NCBI RefSeq assembly: GCF_006345805.1
Contig: NC_042998.1
Span: 60,388,001-60,452,000 of the forward strand
Reading direction: 5' to 3'
DNA: 64,000 nucleotides
From: Octopus sinensis
Lineage: Eukaryota
Shown here: positions 13,276 to 25,383 of the stretch, one piece after another
Layout of the letters: every line of letters begins with the position of its first letter
How positions within the stretch are numbered: the first letter of the stretch is position 1
Notes under the pieces: generated by a model
The model's input: the letters and a program-made list of their open reading frames with translations, nothing else
Databases searched by the model: none
Told to the model about the DNA's origin: nothing
Program-made: the position numbers and the translations under genes

Positions 13276-13670
13276 TTGGGTCATCCCATAAATAATTTGG
13301 TTTTTTCAATTGCATCAACTTGCTGTAAAGCAGGTAGTAATTTTACCTTGTCTGTATTCTTAGAGCAAGTTTTGAAGAGTGCAGTTCCATTTTGATAGTA
13401 TTTTTTTTTTCAAGCTATAATGGAAGTGACAAAGGCGCATATTCGGCATATTTTGCTTTATGAATTCAATAAAAACAACAACGCAACGGAAAATGCGAGG
13501 AATATTAATGCAGTATATGGGGATCGAACAATAGGCGTAAGCCAGTGTCAATGGTGGTTTCAGAAATTCCGAGCCGGAAACTACAGCCGAGAAGATGACT
13601 CTCGTCCTGGATGATCTGTAGAGCTCAACGAGGACGTACTACGAGCTCTGATGGAACAAAATCCCATTCG
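13276..13670 (+). mobile_element. mariner 5' fragment
   Basis: TIR-like TTGGGTCATCCCATAAATAAT; ORF 13420-13614 has mariner HTH motifs (HIRHILLYEF..WFQKFRAGNYS). Confidence 0.85.
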
Positions 13671-13788
13671 ATGTTTAGAAGCTAGTTTTATAGACGCATC
13701 TTTTAAAATTCCTATTTTCTTTTTCACACATTAACTTGTGTAGGTTTGCAATAGCGCTCACTGAGAGAACATGTTTCAGAAACATGTT

Positions 13789-14131
13789 GATCTCATTCTC
13801 GCTCACAACATCATAAGCGGAAAGTGTAACCTCTCGAAAGAGCTGTTCTTCACTCCTGCTCCAGAGCGTCGGCTGCGGGGTCATTCCGAAAAGCTCTTCC
13901 TGCGATGATTTCATCTCAATCGAAGGAGAGGAGCTTTCTCCGTCCGGGTTGCGGATCCGTGGAACAAGCTGCCAGACGAGATGGTGAAGATGCCGACGAC
14001 CGCTTTGTTCAAAGTCTCCCTTGACCTCAAGTGGCCTGAACTCTTTACATGAACACCACCCTGTACTTAACTCCATGTCCCCCTACATTTCCTTGCTATT
14101 TGCTTTTGAGCCAAAATTAACTAACTAACTA
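13789..14131 (+). mobile_element. CR1/L2-type LINE 3' fragment with TSD
   Basis: + strand reads DLILAHNII..RRLRGHSEKL..FSVRVADPWNKLP; (AACT)n tail; 11-bp TSD AGAAACATGTT at 13778-13788 and 14132-14142. Confidence 0.85.
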
Positions 14132-14306
14132 AGAAACATGTTAAACTATGTAAAACGTTTGAGAAAGAAACGTAGCTGTTTTTTTATGTGGGCAAAATTT
14201 TTCTCGTGAAAATACTGCTGTAAATCGCCAATTTACTAATTTTCTTGCACGGATTCTGCTTGAGAACCATTTGTCTACATGTTTAGGTGATGGTAGATGA
14301 CGTAGG

Positions 14307-14728
14307 GCGGCGAGCTGGCAGAATCGTTAGCACGCCGGACGGAATGCTTAGCGGTATTTCGTCTGTCTTCACATTCTGAGTTCAAATTCCGCCGAGGTCG
14401 ACTTTGCCTTTCATCCTTTCGGGGTCGATTAAATGAGTACCAGTTACGCACTGGGATCGATGTAATCGACTTAATACCTATGTCTGTCCTTGTTTGTTCC
14501 CTCTGTGTTTAGCCCCTTGTGGGTAATAAAGAAATAGAAATAGGTATTTCGTCTGTCTTCACATTCTGAGTTCAAATTCCGCCGAGGTCGAATTTGCCTT
14601 TCATCCTTTCTGGGTCGATTAAATAAGTACCAGTTATGCACTGGGGTCGATATAATCGACTTAATCCGTTTGTCTGTCCTTGTTTGTTCTCTCTGCGTTT
14701 AGCCCCTTGTGGGTAGTACAGAAATCGG
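14307..14728 (+). mobile_element. tRNA-derived SINE (Meta-like core) with tandem duplication of its 3' part
   Basis: Head GGCGGCGAGCTGGCAGAATCGTTAG; the body GGTATTTCGTCTG..GCCTTTCATCCTTTC..AGCCCCTTGTGGGTA occurs twice (14354 and 14542). Confidence 0.85.
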
Positions 14729-16270
14729 TAGATGACGTAGTGGATTAAGAAGTTGCACTCATGATTCTAGGGACCGGGCGGTGCATTGTCTTCAGGAACA
14801 AAGCACCTCATTTCACGTCGCGCCAGTCCTTTGCGGTTGAAAATGATACCAATCCACCCTGCGATGGACTGGTATCCTGTTCAGAGGAAATGTCGTGACC
14901 TCGGTCACTTCTACACCGTAAAAAAACGAGTAGCCGGTCCCACGAGACCTAGAACTCGAAACTACTACGATTATGACTGACCTACTAACCTGGGACTAAA
15001 CTGTAATCAGTTAGTAGCATTTATTCTGATCAAATTCCATTTGGAAATCAAAGTCCTCTTCTTTCCTCCTGTGTCTGCATAAGAACAAAGAAGAGTCGTG
15101 AATACCGCTCTGTTTTTTGGGGGGTTTTTATTCGTTTCTTATGTTTGTTTCTTTTCCCCTAATGGTTAGACAATAGAAAGTGGAGGCACATGGCTTAGTG
15201 GTTTGGACTCATAATCGTAAGATTGTGGTTTCGATTCCTGGACCGAGAGACGCGCTGTGTTCTTGAGTGAAACATTTCACTTGACGTCGCTCCACTCAGC
15301 TGGCAAGAATGAGTAATCCTGCGACGGACCGACGTTCCATCGAGATGGACGCCACGGAAACCGGTAAACCGGCCCTATGAGTCGGTATGACTCGGAAAGG
15401 AACTTCACTTTCTACTCAGACAAATGGAAAAATGGACAGAAAATGGATCACCACCACCGCCCACGCCATTCACCTATACTAGCTTAACACACCCAAAAGT
15501 ACCACACTCAAGTGTTGCCTACAATGGACAGTCCCCACTCCTTCGACACCCCCACCCCCTCACCTCTCTTCCTTAGCTACGCTACTTGATGTTCAAGTGG
15601 AACATCTGTAATTCGACGTCTTCGGGGAACTAACTAGGAGTAGAGAGGAGGGTTTTTTTGGATAAATGTAAAATGTTAAATTCATGATCTGAATCGGGCG
15701 ATATAGTAGTAGTAGTAGTAGTAGTAGTAGCAGCAGCAGCAGCGGCGGCGGTGGTGGTGGTGGTGGTAGTAGTAGTAGTTGTGGTGGTGTTGGTGGTAGT
15801 TGTTGTTGTCGCAGCGGTGATAATGATGATAATGTCAACGTTGTTTAAGCTTTTGTCAGCTTTGATTGAAGAAAGTCATGATTCAAAAGCATCCTAACCG
15901 TGATTAACTCGCCTTTTATTTTATCTCTTTTATTTAACGTTTATAATACTCTATTCGCTCGTGCATAAAAGTTACTGTTGTCTAATTATATAATACATAA
16001 AAAGAAAAACAGAATGAGAGTAAAAAATTATCTCTATTCACTGGATGGCTTTCTCTCTGTCTCTCCCTCTGTTTCTCCCCCTCTATCTTATCTCTCTCTC
16101 TCTCTCTCTCTCTTCCACTTCTCACTCTGTCACTCTCGCACCTCTCTCTCCATTGTAAATGTCATTTTATGTGTCACAACTGGAGGTGGAGATGCGAGTT
16201 ACTTCCCTTTATTTGTTATTTTCCTTTCGTTTCATTCATTATTTAACTTTTCTGTCATCAGACCAACACG

Positions 16271-16603
16271 ATGCAAGGGGGGAAATGTATTGCAATAATT
16301 GGTGCTGGTGCAAGCGGGCTAACAGCTATTAAAAGCTGCCTGGATGAAGGTCTTGAACCTGTCTGCTTTGAAAAGTACGATGTTACTGGAGGATTGTGGT
16401 GTTATAAAGAAGAAAGTGAACTCGGTCGCTCGACTGTTATGAAATCGACTGTGATAAACACTAGCAAAGAGACGATGGCGTACAGTGACTTTCCTCCTCC
16501 AATACACTTCCCTGTTTATATGCACAATTCGTATGTTTTAAAATATCTGCATATGTATTCCGAAAAATTTAACTTGGACAAATATATCCAGTTTTTCATT
16601 GAG
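16271..16603 (+). CDS. FMO: Flavin-containing monooxygenase (FMO5-like), coding exon 1
   Basis: MQGGKCIAIIGAGASGL (FAD-binding GxGxxG), CFEK..GGLW, NTSKETMAYSDFP; donor GAG|GTAATA, phase 0; acceptor-like TTTTCTGTCATCAG ends at 16261. Confidence 0.95.
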
Positions 16604-17377
16604 GTAATATCGTTTCAAACAGTAATAATTCTTTATTTATTTACAATTAATTATGATTTCTAACTAACTCAAGGCTACTAATTTCTGTGAGTGCTCAGTA
16701 CGTTTTCTTTGGTTTTCTATTCTTTTTTGACTATCCACAAGGGATACGACGATGGGGGAGCGAATAAAGAGGAATACAAAAGCAATTTCATAGTTTTAAA
16801 AATGAAATGATCATCAAAAGAGTTAGAAACGAATGAGATGTCAATTAAAAAGAAAAGAGCCCTAATAGTGGTGAGGAAAACCACCCTCCAGTAAAGCGAA
16901 AGATTACTCTGACAATCACAGCCTAAACTGTATCCTGGCAATTTACCGCCAGCTCGTTGTCACGTAATCCGCGTAACCCGTTTAGCTTCATCGCCCACTC
17001 CGATCACAGCGACGTTTCCGCCATATACAGAATTTCTGTTTACACTCTTGCTATTTCATTTTCATGTTGAGTTATAAAAAAAAAAAAGCATGCATGAGAA
17101 GGAAGAATAAATCAATACTGGTACATATTTTATAGCTACTGGGAGGATGTTATAAAGTTGGCCTCAGTGAGGCCTTATATATTAGAAATTATATATATGT
17201 GTGTGTCTGTGTATGTGTTCTTTTCTGTTGAAGAGCGTAGATGCGAAACGTTAAATACTTTTTCACTTCTCGAGCGTTAATCTAATACATCTGTTTGTTG
17301 TCTACACTACTTGTCTTCGTCCTTTGTTTTTTTGTGAATTCTCCCCCTATATGTATGTATATATATATATATATATA

Positions 17378-17766
17378 AGTTCAGCAAAAATTTAGATTCA
17401 AATGAATATGGTACTTAATTTAGATGCACCAGAATTTTGTATGGTGTTATCCATAAAAATCCGTGGGGTTTTTGCTTCTAACCTTACAGCAGTCAGAACA
17501 ACCAGATCTTAGTCAGTCAGTGGACGGACTCTACTACCTCATATGTTCTTAATATTTAAATCCACATCTTTGTCTATATATCTACCTTCTCTATAATGTT
17601 GCCACTTGATTTGAAAATTTTTGTATTAATGGAAAACCTCTATAATTGGCTGATGAGTACTCAACATCTTAGATCTGTTGTAATACTTACAACATTTAAT
17701 AAAATGATGTAGTACGAAACGATCGTACCAAATTACTGGAGTCATTCTTGTTGCTTATTTTGATTA
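17378..17766 (+). mobile_element. Non-coding Penelope-like pLTR unit between (TA)n tracts
   Basis: Contains the HHR at 17646. 17378-17455 is the reverse complement of 41731-41810 and 17747-17766 matches 41691-41712, implying an inverted 3'-end arrangement. Confidence 0.65.
17646..17731 (+). ncRNA. Type I hammerhead ribozyme
   Basis: TTGG-CTGATGA-GTACT...AGTAC-GAAA-CGATCG-TA-CCAA: intact core, stems I and II pair, palindromic stem III ACGATCGT, predicted cleavage after GUA (17727). Confidence 0.85.
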
Positions 17767-18109
17767 TATATATATATATATAAATAGGCTGTATCATGTG
17801 CGAGGACATGGAAATAATCGGACTGAATACCCGATCGCGCAGTTAAACCATTGGGAATGAATGACTCCTAGCCTTTGTTAGGGCATCCTTCTAGAAGGTA
17901 ACTCAAGTAACTGGGATAACTGCGACATAAAACCTGCGGCTCAGTGGTTACTGATTATGTTGACTTGTTCTTCTTTTCGGATTATAGCTGCTGTTGCTTA
18001 GTGAGTGGGATTGACTCAGTGTACAGCCTTTCCTTACTTTAAAAAAAATCTTGCACAGGCATTGCACGATAACATTGATTAAGCTTTGTGCAATGGCCAT
18101 ACTCGATAA

Positions 18110-18310
18110 CGAGGGGGCAGCCACCATATATACGACTCTTGCGTTCATTGTTCTAGAGAAGAGTTTGGCATTGGTGAGAATTTTCTCCAGTGACTTAGGC
18201 TGTTTGCTGCTTTTAATGATTTTATGCTTACGTAGAATCTCTTCTTTGTTTCTAGGGTTTATGTAGAGAAATAAGGTCGTGCTTTGAGGGCAGATGTGCT
18301 ATTGTTGTGA
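18110..18310 (-). mobile_element. Possible Penelope-like ORF remnant
   Basis: Minus strand HKIIKSSKQPKSLEKILTNAK resembles the PLE post-RT linker motif; short and degraded. Confidence 0.4.
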
Positions 18311-18334
18311 AGCTGAACACATACAACATGCTCC

Positions 18335-18470
18335 TTTCAGTTTCTGTCTACCAAATCCACCCACAAGACTTTGATCAGCCCAAGTAGAAGATACTTGCCC
18401 AAGGTGCCATGTAGTGGGACTGAAGCCAGAACCCTGTTGCTAGGATGCAAGCTTCTTACCACACAGCTGC
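18335..18470 (-). mobile_element. tRNA-derived SINE (second family)
   Basis: Reverse complement of the unit at 21683; other copies at ~38305-38447, 40305-40680 and 55975-56135. Confidence 0.75.
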
Positions 18471-18940
18471 ACACACATACACATATGTATTGTGTGTGTG
18501 TGTGTGTGTGTAATGTATGCTTATATATTTGCATGTGTGTCCCCCTCCTGTCTCAACATCAGATGATGGTTGTAATCAAACATTTCCAGTCTTCCTCAAA
18601 AAGCAGTTCTGGCCTTGGGAAGTTATTACATTACTTGGAAACAAGTGGGGTTTGGCTACAGGAATGGCATCCAGCCATAGAAAATCTGCTTCACTGAATT
18701 CCAGATGGGCCATGCAAGCATAAAAAAATGAACATTAGAGGGATCAAAATATACATATTGACTCACTGTCATAGGATCACAGTTTCGATTTCCAGATCGG
18801 GCATTATGAGTGTTTATTGAGCGAAAACACCTAAAGCTCCACGAGGCTCCAGCAGTAAAAATCACCCAATTTCAACTCGAAAAATTGATCCAACCAAGCT
18901 CTCAACTCTCAATTCTCTTGGATAACTGAGAAGTGGACGC

Positions 18941-19531
18941 AATGTTAATAACATTGGCAGTGTTGATGGTAACAACAATAACGGTATTATTGTCGGTGAT
19001 ATTGCTGGTTGTAGTACAATTAATAATACTAATAATAATAGAAATAGTGTAGTTGTTAGCGCTAGTAATAATAAAAGCAACAATCATAACAATAAAAACT
19101 TCGTCTCGATCTCGGAGGACAACCCTAACAGAATAAAATTTTTGTCTAGTAATTCCAAAATTAAGAATTCCATTTACCAGTGTAGAATTTCTTCTGGTAC
19201 CGATGTTTTCTTCTATATTGGAGCGTCCACTTCTCAGTTATCCAAGAGAATTTCTAACCACTATTCGACATTCAGAGATAGGAAAAAACGACATAGTACA
19301 GGGCTAAGTAAATTAGTTTGGCGTCTTAAAGACAACAGTATAACTTTCAAGTTGGATTGGTTCATATTGTCTGTATCCTTTCCTTTTGATAAGGGCAGGC
19401 GATTTTGTAACATTTGTAACTCTGAGCTCTTCTATATTCTTTTCGCTAAGGTTCCCCTAGTAAACACACTCATAGAAAAATCGTACAAATGTAAACATTG
19501 GCAGAAACACACTTTCTACTCATATAAATGA
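18941..19531 (+). CDS. GIY-YIG endonuclease domain of a Penelope-like element (5'-truncated ORF, no start codon)
   Basis: SIYQC..FYIG..KRISNH..TGLSKLVWRLK..W.IL..CNICNSE..N..E..CKH; the frame is open 67 codons upstream of the listed ORF through an Asn-rich tract. Confidence 0.85.
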   Translation, partial: NVNNIGSVDGNNNNGIIVGDIAGCSTINNTNNNRNSVVVSASNNKSNNHNNKNFVSISEDNPNRIKFLSSNSKIKNSIYQCRISSGTDVFFYIGASTSQLSKRISNHYSTFRDRKKRHSTGLSKLVWRLKDNSITFKLDWFILSVSFPFDKGRRFCNICNSELFYILFAKVPLVNTLIEKSYKCKHWQKHTFYSYK

Positions 19532-19964
19532 TAACGATAGTCACTGTGGTTTTAACAATTAGCTTCACGTCCACACCACTGCTATAGAGAAATTCTTTCC
19601 TAAGCCTCCGAACATTCTTTCAATCAACGTACACTTCCCCTTCCCTACCTATTACTCCTTTATATCTTCCCTTACTACTACCTATCTTTGACGTCTGTCT
19701 CTCTCTCACACACACAGACACAAATGCAGTTATATACACACACACACAAATACACGCACTCATTAACACAAGCACACACCCACACATTTCCATACATACA
19801 GCAAACATACTGTCCCCTACCTATTTTTACTTCCTCCTACTATCTATTTTTGACGTCAATGCTTATAACGGATTTTTTTAAAAAAACACTCATTATCGCT
19901 TTGGTTACCATGTAGGCAATCATCGAAATTTTTGTCTGTCTTGTTGTTGAGAGAGGCTCCTTTT

Positions 19965-20046
19965 CTTTCCTGATGAGAAGATTGCATAATGCACCCTTTA
20001 TTCCTTCGGAATGAAAATATGCTGTCTTCGAAACATGTGTCGAGAG
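19965..20046 (+). ncRNA. Type I hammerhead ribozyme
   Basis: CTTTC-CTGATGA-GAAGA...TCTTC-GAAA-CATGTG-TC-GAGAG; extended stem II; predicted cleavage after GUC (20041). Confidence 0.85.
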
Positions 20047-20272
20047 TAAAGGAATTTTGTTAACATCTTCGTTCGACTCCATTCTTTCATTTATTCATAT
20101 ACAACACACAAATTTCTACACATGAACCCGGAGTTTCTACCCTTGACAGGTCGCTTCAAGCGTGTTTTCTGACGTGAATTTGCTACCCAGGTTTCGGTTA
20201 AACGAATTTTCCATGCTGACAATAAACATAGGATAATTCATTCACCTACTTATATATATATATATATATGTA

Positions 20273-21470
20273 TTAGGTTGTTTCACATTTTTCATTACTT
20301 GTTATTTCAGTCAATTAAAAACTCAATTATGTATAACTTGCATTTAATCGTGACTCCTTTTCTTTCCCAACAATACTGGTGTACAAAATTCTTACCCACA
20401 GACCTTATGGATATGATAACAACCAAACTATGTTGAGTGATTTTCTCATATGAGTACAAACTGGGTGACTCTGCTGCAGAAGCTCTATGCAATATGAAGC
20501 GGGCCTTTGGTAATGGTTTTGTTAACATCAGAACTGTTCAGAGATGGTTCCAAAGCTCTCGTTCAGATGATAGCCTTGAAAATAAACCAAGGAGTAGGCC
20601 AAAATCAGTTATTCAGCATGATGGATTAAATACTTTGGTTGAACAAAATCCGAGGACAAAGGTTTGGAAACTCTCATCAGAACTCCAAATATCTTGCACA
20701 ACTGTTTTCAGACACCTGTAAAAAATTGGAAAAGTTAAGAAAACAGATAGGTATGTTCCACATCAACTGAATGAGTGTGCTCCTTATTGCTTTCTCTGTT
20801 GGAAAAAGACCATTTTTGCATCAAATCATTACTTGTGATGAGAAATGGACACTCTTTGACAACAGCAAGAGAACAGGACAGTGATTTAATGCTGGAGAGT
20901 CGCCTAAACACTACCCAAACCCACCATTGCACTCTAAAATGTTAGTGGTCACTGTATGGTGGTCTGCGAAAGGAGTTATTCATTATTGATTTTTGCAACA
21001 AGGAAAAACAGTAACAGCAATATCATATTGCCAGGAAATTGATTGTATGTATGAGAATTTGGAAAAGAAGCCCAACCCAGACTAGTGAATAGAGATGGTC
21101 CAATTTTGCTCCACAACAATGCACATCTTCACTCCTCAAACTACGGTCCAAAAGTTGCAAATCCTGAATTATGAGATTTTGCAACATCCTCTCTATTCCC
21201 CTGATATCTCTCCTACTGATCATCAATTATTTTAGCATTTTGAGCTTTTCATAAGCAATAAAGCATTCTTAAATAGAGAAGAGGTAATTGAAGCATTCAG
21301 ACAGTTTATCGCAGCAAAAGAGGAATTTTTTGAAAGATGGAATATATGACATAGAGAAACGTTGGGTAAACATCATAAATGAGCATGGGTCGTACTTTGA
21401 TTAAATAAATCACTTTTGAAGCATTTTATTATTACCTTTCAAATACAACATTTCATGTGAAACAACCTAA
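20273..21470 (+). mobile_element. Full-length decayed mariner transposon
   Basis: TIRs TTAGGTTGTTTCACAT / ATGTGAAACAACCTAA with TA on both sides; transposase remnants (TVQRWFQ, TCDEKW, LLHNNA, HPLYSPDISPTD) with stops and frameshifts. Confidence 0.92.
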
Positions 21471-21506
21471 TATATACTAATATTTATGTATATACACACA
21501 TATGTA

Positions 21507-22086
21507 TGGCTGTGTGGTAAGTAGCTTGTTTACCAACCACATGGTTCCGGGTTCAGTCCCACTGCGTGGCACCTTGGGTAAGTGTCTTCTACTATAGCCT
21601 CGGGCTGACCAAAGCCTTGTGAGTGGATTTGGTAGATGGAAACTGAAAGAAGCCCGTCGTATATATATATATATATATTATGCGTGCAGGAGTGGCTGTG
21701 TGGTAAGTAGCTTGTTTACCAACCACATGGTTCCGGGTTCAGTCCCACTGCGTGGCACCTTGGGCAAGTGTCTTCTACTATAGCCTCAGGCCGACCAAAG
21801 CCTTGTTAGTGGATTTGGTAGACGGAAACTGAAAGAAGCCCGTCGTATATATATATATATATATATATATGCATTTGTGTGTCTGTGTTTGTCCCCCTAG
21901 CATTGCTTGACAACCCTTGCTGGTGTGTTTATATCCCCGTTACTTAGCGGTTCGGCAAAAAGAGACCGATAGAATAAGTACTGGGCTTACAAAAGAATAA
22001 GTCCCGGGGTCGAGTTGCTCGATTAAAGGCGGTGCTCCAGCATGGCCGCAGTCAAATGACTGAAACAAGTAAAAGAGTAAAGAGAG
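21507..22086 (+). mobile_element. Tandem tRNA-derived SINEs
   Basis: Two near-identical units TGGCTGTGTGGTAAGTAGCTTG..GGTTCAGTCCC..GAAGCCCGTCG (21507, 21693); the second has a 3' tail ending AAAAGAGTAAAAGAG. Confidence 0.85.
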
Positions 22087-22231
22087 TGTCTCTTACTATA
22101 ACCCTGGGTCAACCACAGTTCTACGGTACACAGAAGCTGTGTGGAAGACTATTGTGTGTGTATGTTTGTGTTTGTCCTTATAGCCTAGAAGTTCAGCAAA
22201 AGGGACTAATAGATTAAGTGTCAAACTTTTA

Positions 22232-22263
<32 letters not shown>

Positions 22264-24028
22264 CTAGGGTTGATTTGTTTGACTAAACCCTTCAAGATGA
22301 TGCCCCAGCATAGCCACAATTCAGTGACTGAAAGAAATAAAAGCTAAAAGATGCATGTCTCCTTTGCCTATTGTTATGTGTATGCATCCCCCATTTGAGT
22401 CTATTATCTATTCTGTACCCTCACATCCTCCCACTATCTAGTCTCCAGACCATTGGGCTTATTCTGTACCCCATCATCTCTTCTACTCTTTATGTTTTAC
22501 AACCCATAACTGACAAGAAAGTACTCGATTTGGACATCATTGTCATCATCATCATTTAACATCCGTTTTCCATGCTGGCATGGGTTGGACAGTTTGACAG
22601 GAGCTGGTCAGCTGAAGAGCTGCCCAGGCTCCATGTCTGTTTTGGCATGGTTTCTATGGCGAAATGCCCTTTGTCACACCAACCACTTTACAGAGTGTAC
22701 TGGATGCTTTTACGCAGCACCAGCGTGGGTGCATTTACACAGCACTAGTACATGTGCTTTCTACATGGCACTAGTACTCACAAGCCCACAATATTAGGAA
22801 TGCTTAGCTGGAGAGGGATGCAAGGGACAAGTAGATATGTCCATTCTCCATACTTCTATCAATTATATCCAGCTACCCGTCCTTTCTCCTCTTGAATAGA
22901 TACTTGAGTGAAGTGGAATTGCACACAGAGCTACCTTTCCTCACCTTTCTTGATTCTCTTGGAACTACGCTCTCTTGGATGTGTTCCCTTGACAGTACAC
23001 CTTGGCCCCTCATTTTTATCGTATCTCTCCTCTACATACCACTATAACCACATATATATAACATGTGGTGGCAGTGCACCTCCTCCTACTCAATTCTCAC
23101 CACCACTTTTATCACTCTGATTCTCTCTCACTAGTCCCCTTTTTCCTCTCCCTCCTATGACCCGCTTCTATCATATTTTTCTTCGCATACCACCTAACAC
23201 ACCCATGTATAATGGCAAGGTAGCACTAGTTTTTATCCTATTTGACCCACTCAATTGTCCTATCACTCTCTAATTCTCTCCCACTAACTTTCTGATACTA
23301 GTTTTCACTTTCCCTCCTTTTTTCTCTTCTCTAACATTGTCTCTTCTCTCGTAATTATCATTATCCATTAACATACACGTTTGCTGCTGGCATGGACTGG
23401 ATGGTTTGATAGGATCAGATAGGCCCAAGAACTGCATCATGTTCCATTGTCTGCTTTGGTATGGTTCCTACAACTCGATGCTCTTCCTGACACCAACCAC
23501 TTTACAGTATGCGCTGTGTAGTTTCTTCATGCCACCATCTCTGGTGAGATTGTCAATGCAGCTTGTGTAACTACAAAACCTAAGGTCCTAAGCAAGAAAG
23601 GGCTCTAATGTTAGAAGATGAGGGGTTAAACCATGAGAGAAAGTGAGGAGGGGTTTACATGGCTTCTCACATTTAGAAAAGAGGATGAGAATAATGAGTT
23701 GGAGCTGCAAAGATATATACAGGTGAATAAGTATTCAGGTGACTCTTTAGGGTACGAGGGCGGAGGCACATAACTTAGTGGTTAGGTTGTTGGACTCATG
23801 ATGGTAAGATTGTGGTTTCGATTCCTGGACTGGGAAATGCATTATGTTCTTGAACAAAACATTTCATTTCACATTGCTCCAGTCCACTCAGCTGGCAAAA
23901 ATGAGTAATCCTGAGCTTTCAGACCAATTATATGTTTCAACTAGAAATATACAATTCAGCTATATAAAATATAACTGCTCAAATTCATTTTTTAGAATGT
24001 ACATTTTTTCTCACTTATGGATAACTAA

Positions 24029-24073
<45 letters not shown>

Positions 24074-24109
24074 GTGTGTGTGTGTGACAGGTTGATTTAT
24101 AAAATTTAT

Positions 24110-24740
24110 TTTTCAAAAATAACTCTCAATTTGTCATCTTCTATTGAAAGAACTGAACAGCTGTATAGGTGTAAACAATTTTTTCTTCTATCATGACCTC
24201 CCCCCCCTTTAGAGTAGCCACCTGGTTTTGCTATTTTTAAAAGCCAAGAATCAACTCATCACTTTGTATTGAAAGAACTGAGCAGCTGTAAAGATGTAAA
24301 CACATTTTTTCTTCTTTCTCTCTTCCTTCTTTCTTCCCTTCTCTTTTCCATTGACACTTCTTTCAGATACACAGGCACACACACATACACAAACACACAC
24401 ACACACACACACACACACAACACACACACACACACACAAACAAAAACACACACTCTCTCTCACTGGACAATAATGATGACCATGATAATAAATCCAGACA
24501 ATTTTTTTGAAAAATAACTTTTATCAAGACACCCCTCAGAGTAGCCACCTGGTTTTACCATTTTTAAAGACCAAGAATCAATTCATCACTTTCTATTGAA
24601 AGAACTGACCAGCTGTAAAGATGTATACAAATGATTTCTTTCTTTCTTTCTTCCTTCTCAGATACACAGACGCCGACACACACTCATACACAAACACATA
24701 CACACACACACACAATAAAACACACACACTTTCTCCCCAT
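24110..24740. repeat. Local direct duplication (~330 bp)
   Basis: AGAGTAGCCACCTGGTTTT..AAGAATCAA..GAAAGAACTGA.CAGCTGTAAAGATGTA repeated at ~24211 and ~24538. Confidence 0.7.
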
Positions 24741-25078
24741 TCTTCACCTTCTTTTACTATCCTTTATCTCTCTCCACCCCTACACACTCAACAATACTAT
24801 AAAAGAGAAGAATCATCTCAAACACATTCAAATCTGAAGAGTCTACTAGAGTAGATGCAAGCTCTATTATATGATTTATAAAAACATGATATATTAATAA
24901 AAATTTGTGAATATAAAACCATCCAGATTTCTGAGTACCTTATTTCTTCTAATATATAATACCAGTACATCACCTCCAAACCTTCTAATATGTATACATA
25001 TACTTACATATATATATATATATATATATAAATAAATGAAAGAATGGAGTCGAACGACGATTTAACAAAATTCCTTTA

Positions 25079-25161
25079 TTCTCGACATATGTTTCGAAGA
25101 CTGCATATTCCTAATTCCGAAGGAATAAGGGGTGCATTATGCCGCCTTCTCATCAGGAAAG
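25079..25161 (-). ncRNA. Type I hammerhead ribozyme (left arm)
   Basis: Reverse complement of the HHR at 25301-25383. Confidence 0.85.
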
Positions 25162-25300
25162 ACAAGGAACTTATGTCAGCATCATGATGAACAAAAATTT
25201 TTAGATGACTGCCCACACGGAGTCCATAGTGATAATGAACTCCGTGTGGGCAGTCATCTAAAAAATTTTGTTCGTCATGATGCTGACATAAGTTCCTTGT

Positions 25301-25383
25301 CTTTCCTGATGAGAAGGCGGCATAATGCACCCCTTATTCCTTCGGAATTAGGAATATGCAGTCTTCGAAACATATGTCGAGAA
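25301..25383 (+). ncRNA. Type I hammerhead ribozyme (right arm)
   Basis: TTTC-CTGATGA-GAAGGC...GTCTTC-GAAA-CATATG-TC-GAGA; palindromic stem III ACATATGT; predicted cleavage after GUC (25378). Confidence 0.87.

Larger units (their letters stand above)
18911..20251 (+). mobile_element. 5'-truncated Penelope-like retroelement (probably Naiad-type): Asn-rich linker, GIY-YIG endonuclease, 3' region with HHR
   Basis: Open frame 18941-19531, HHR at 19965-20046, and a 3' tail shared with 25380-25553 and 61985-62180; ends in (TA)n. Confidence 0.85.

Noticed and set aside
13675-14076. 133-aa minus-strand ORF
   Set aside because: It is the antisense of the CR1/L2-type LINE fragment.
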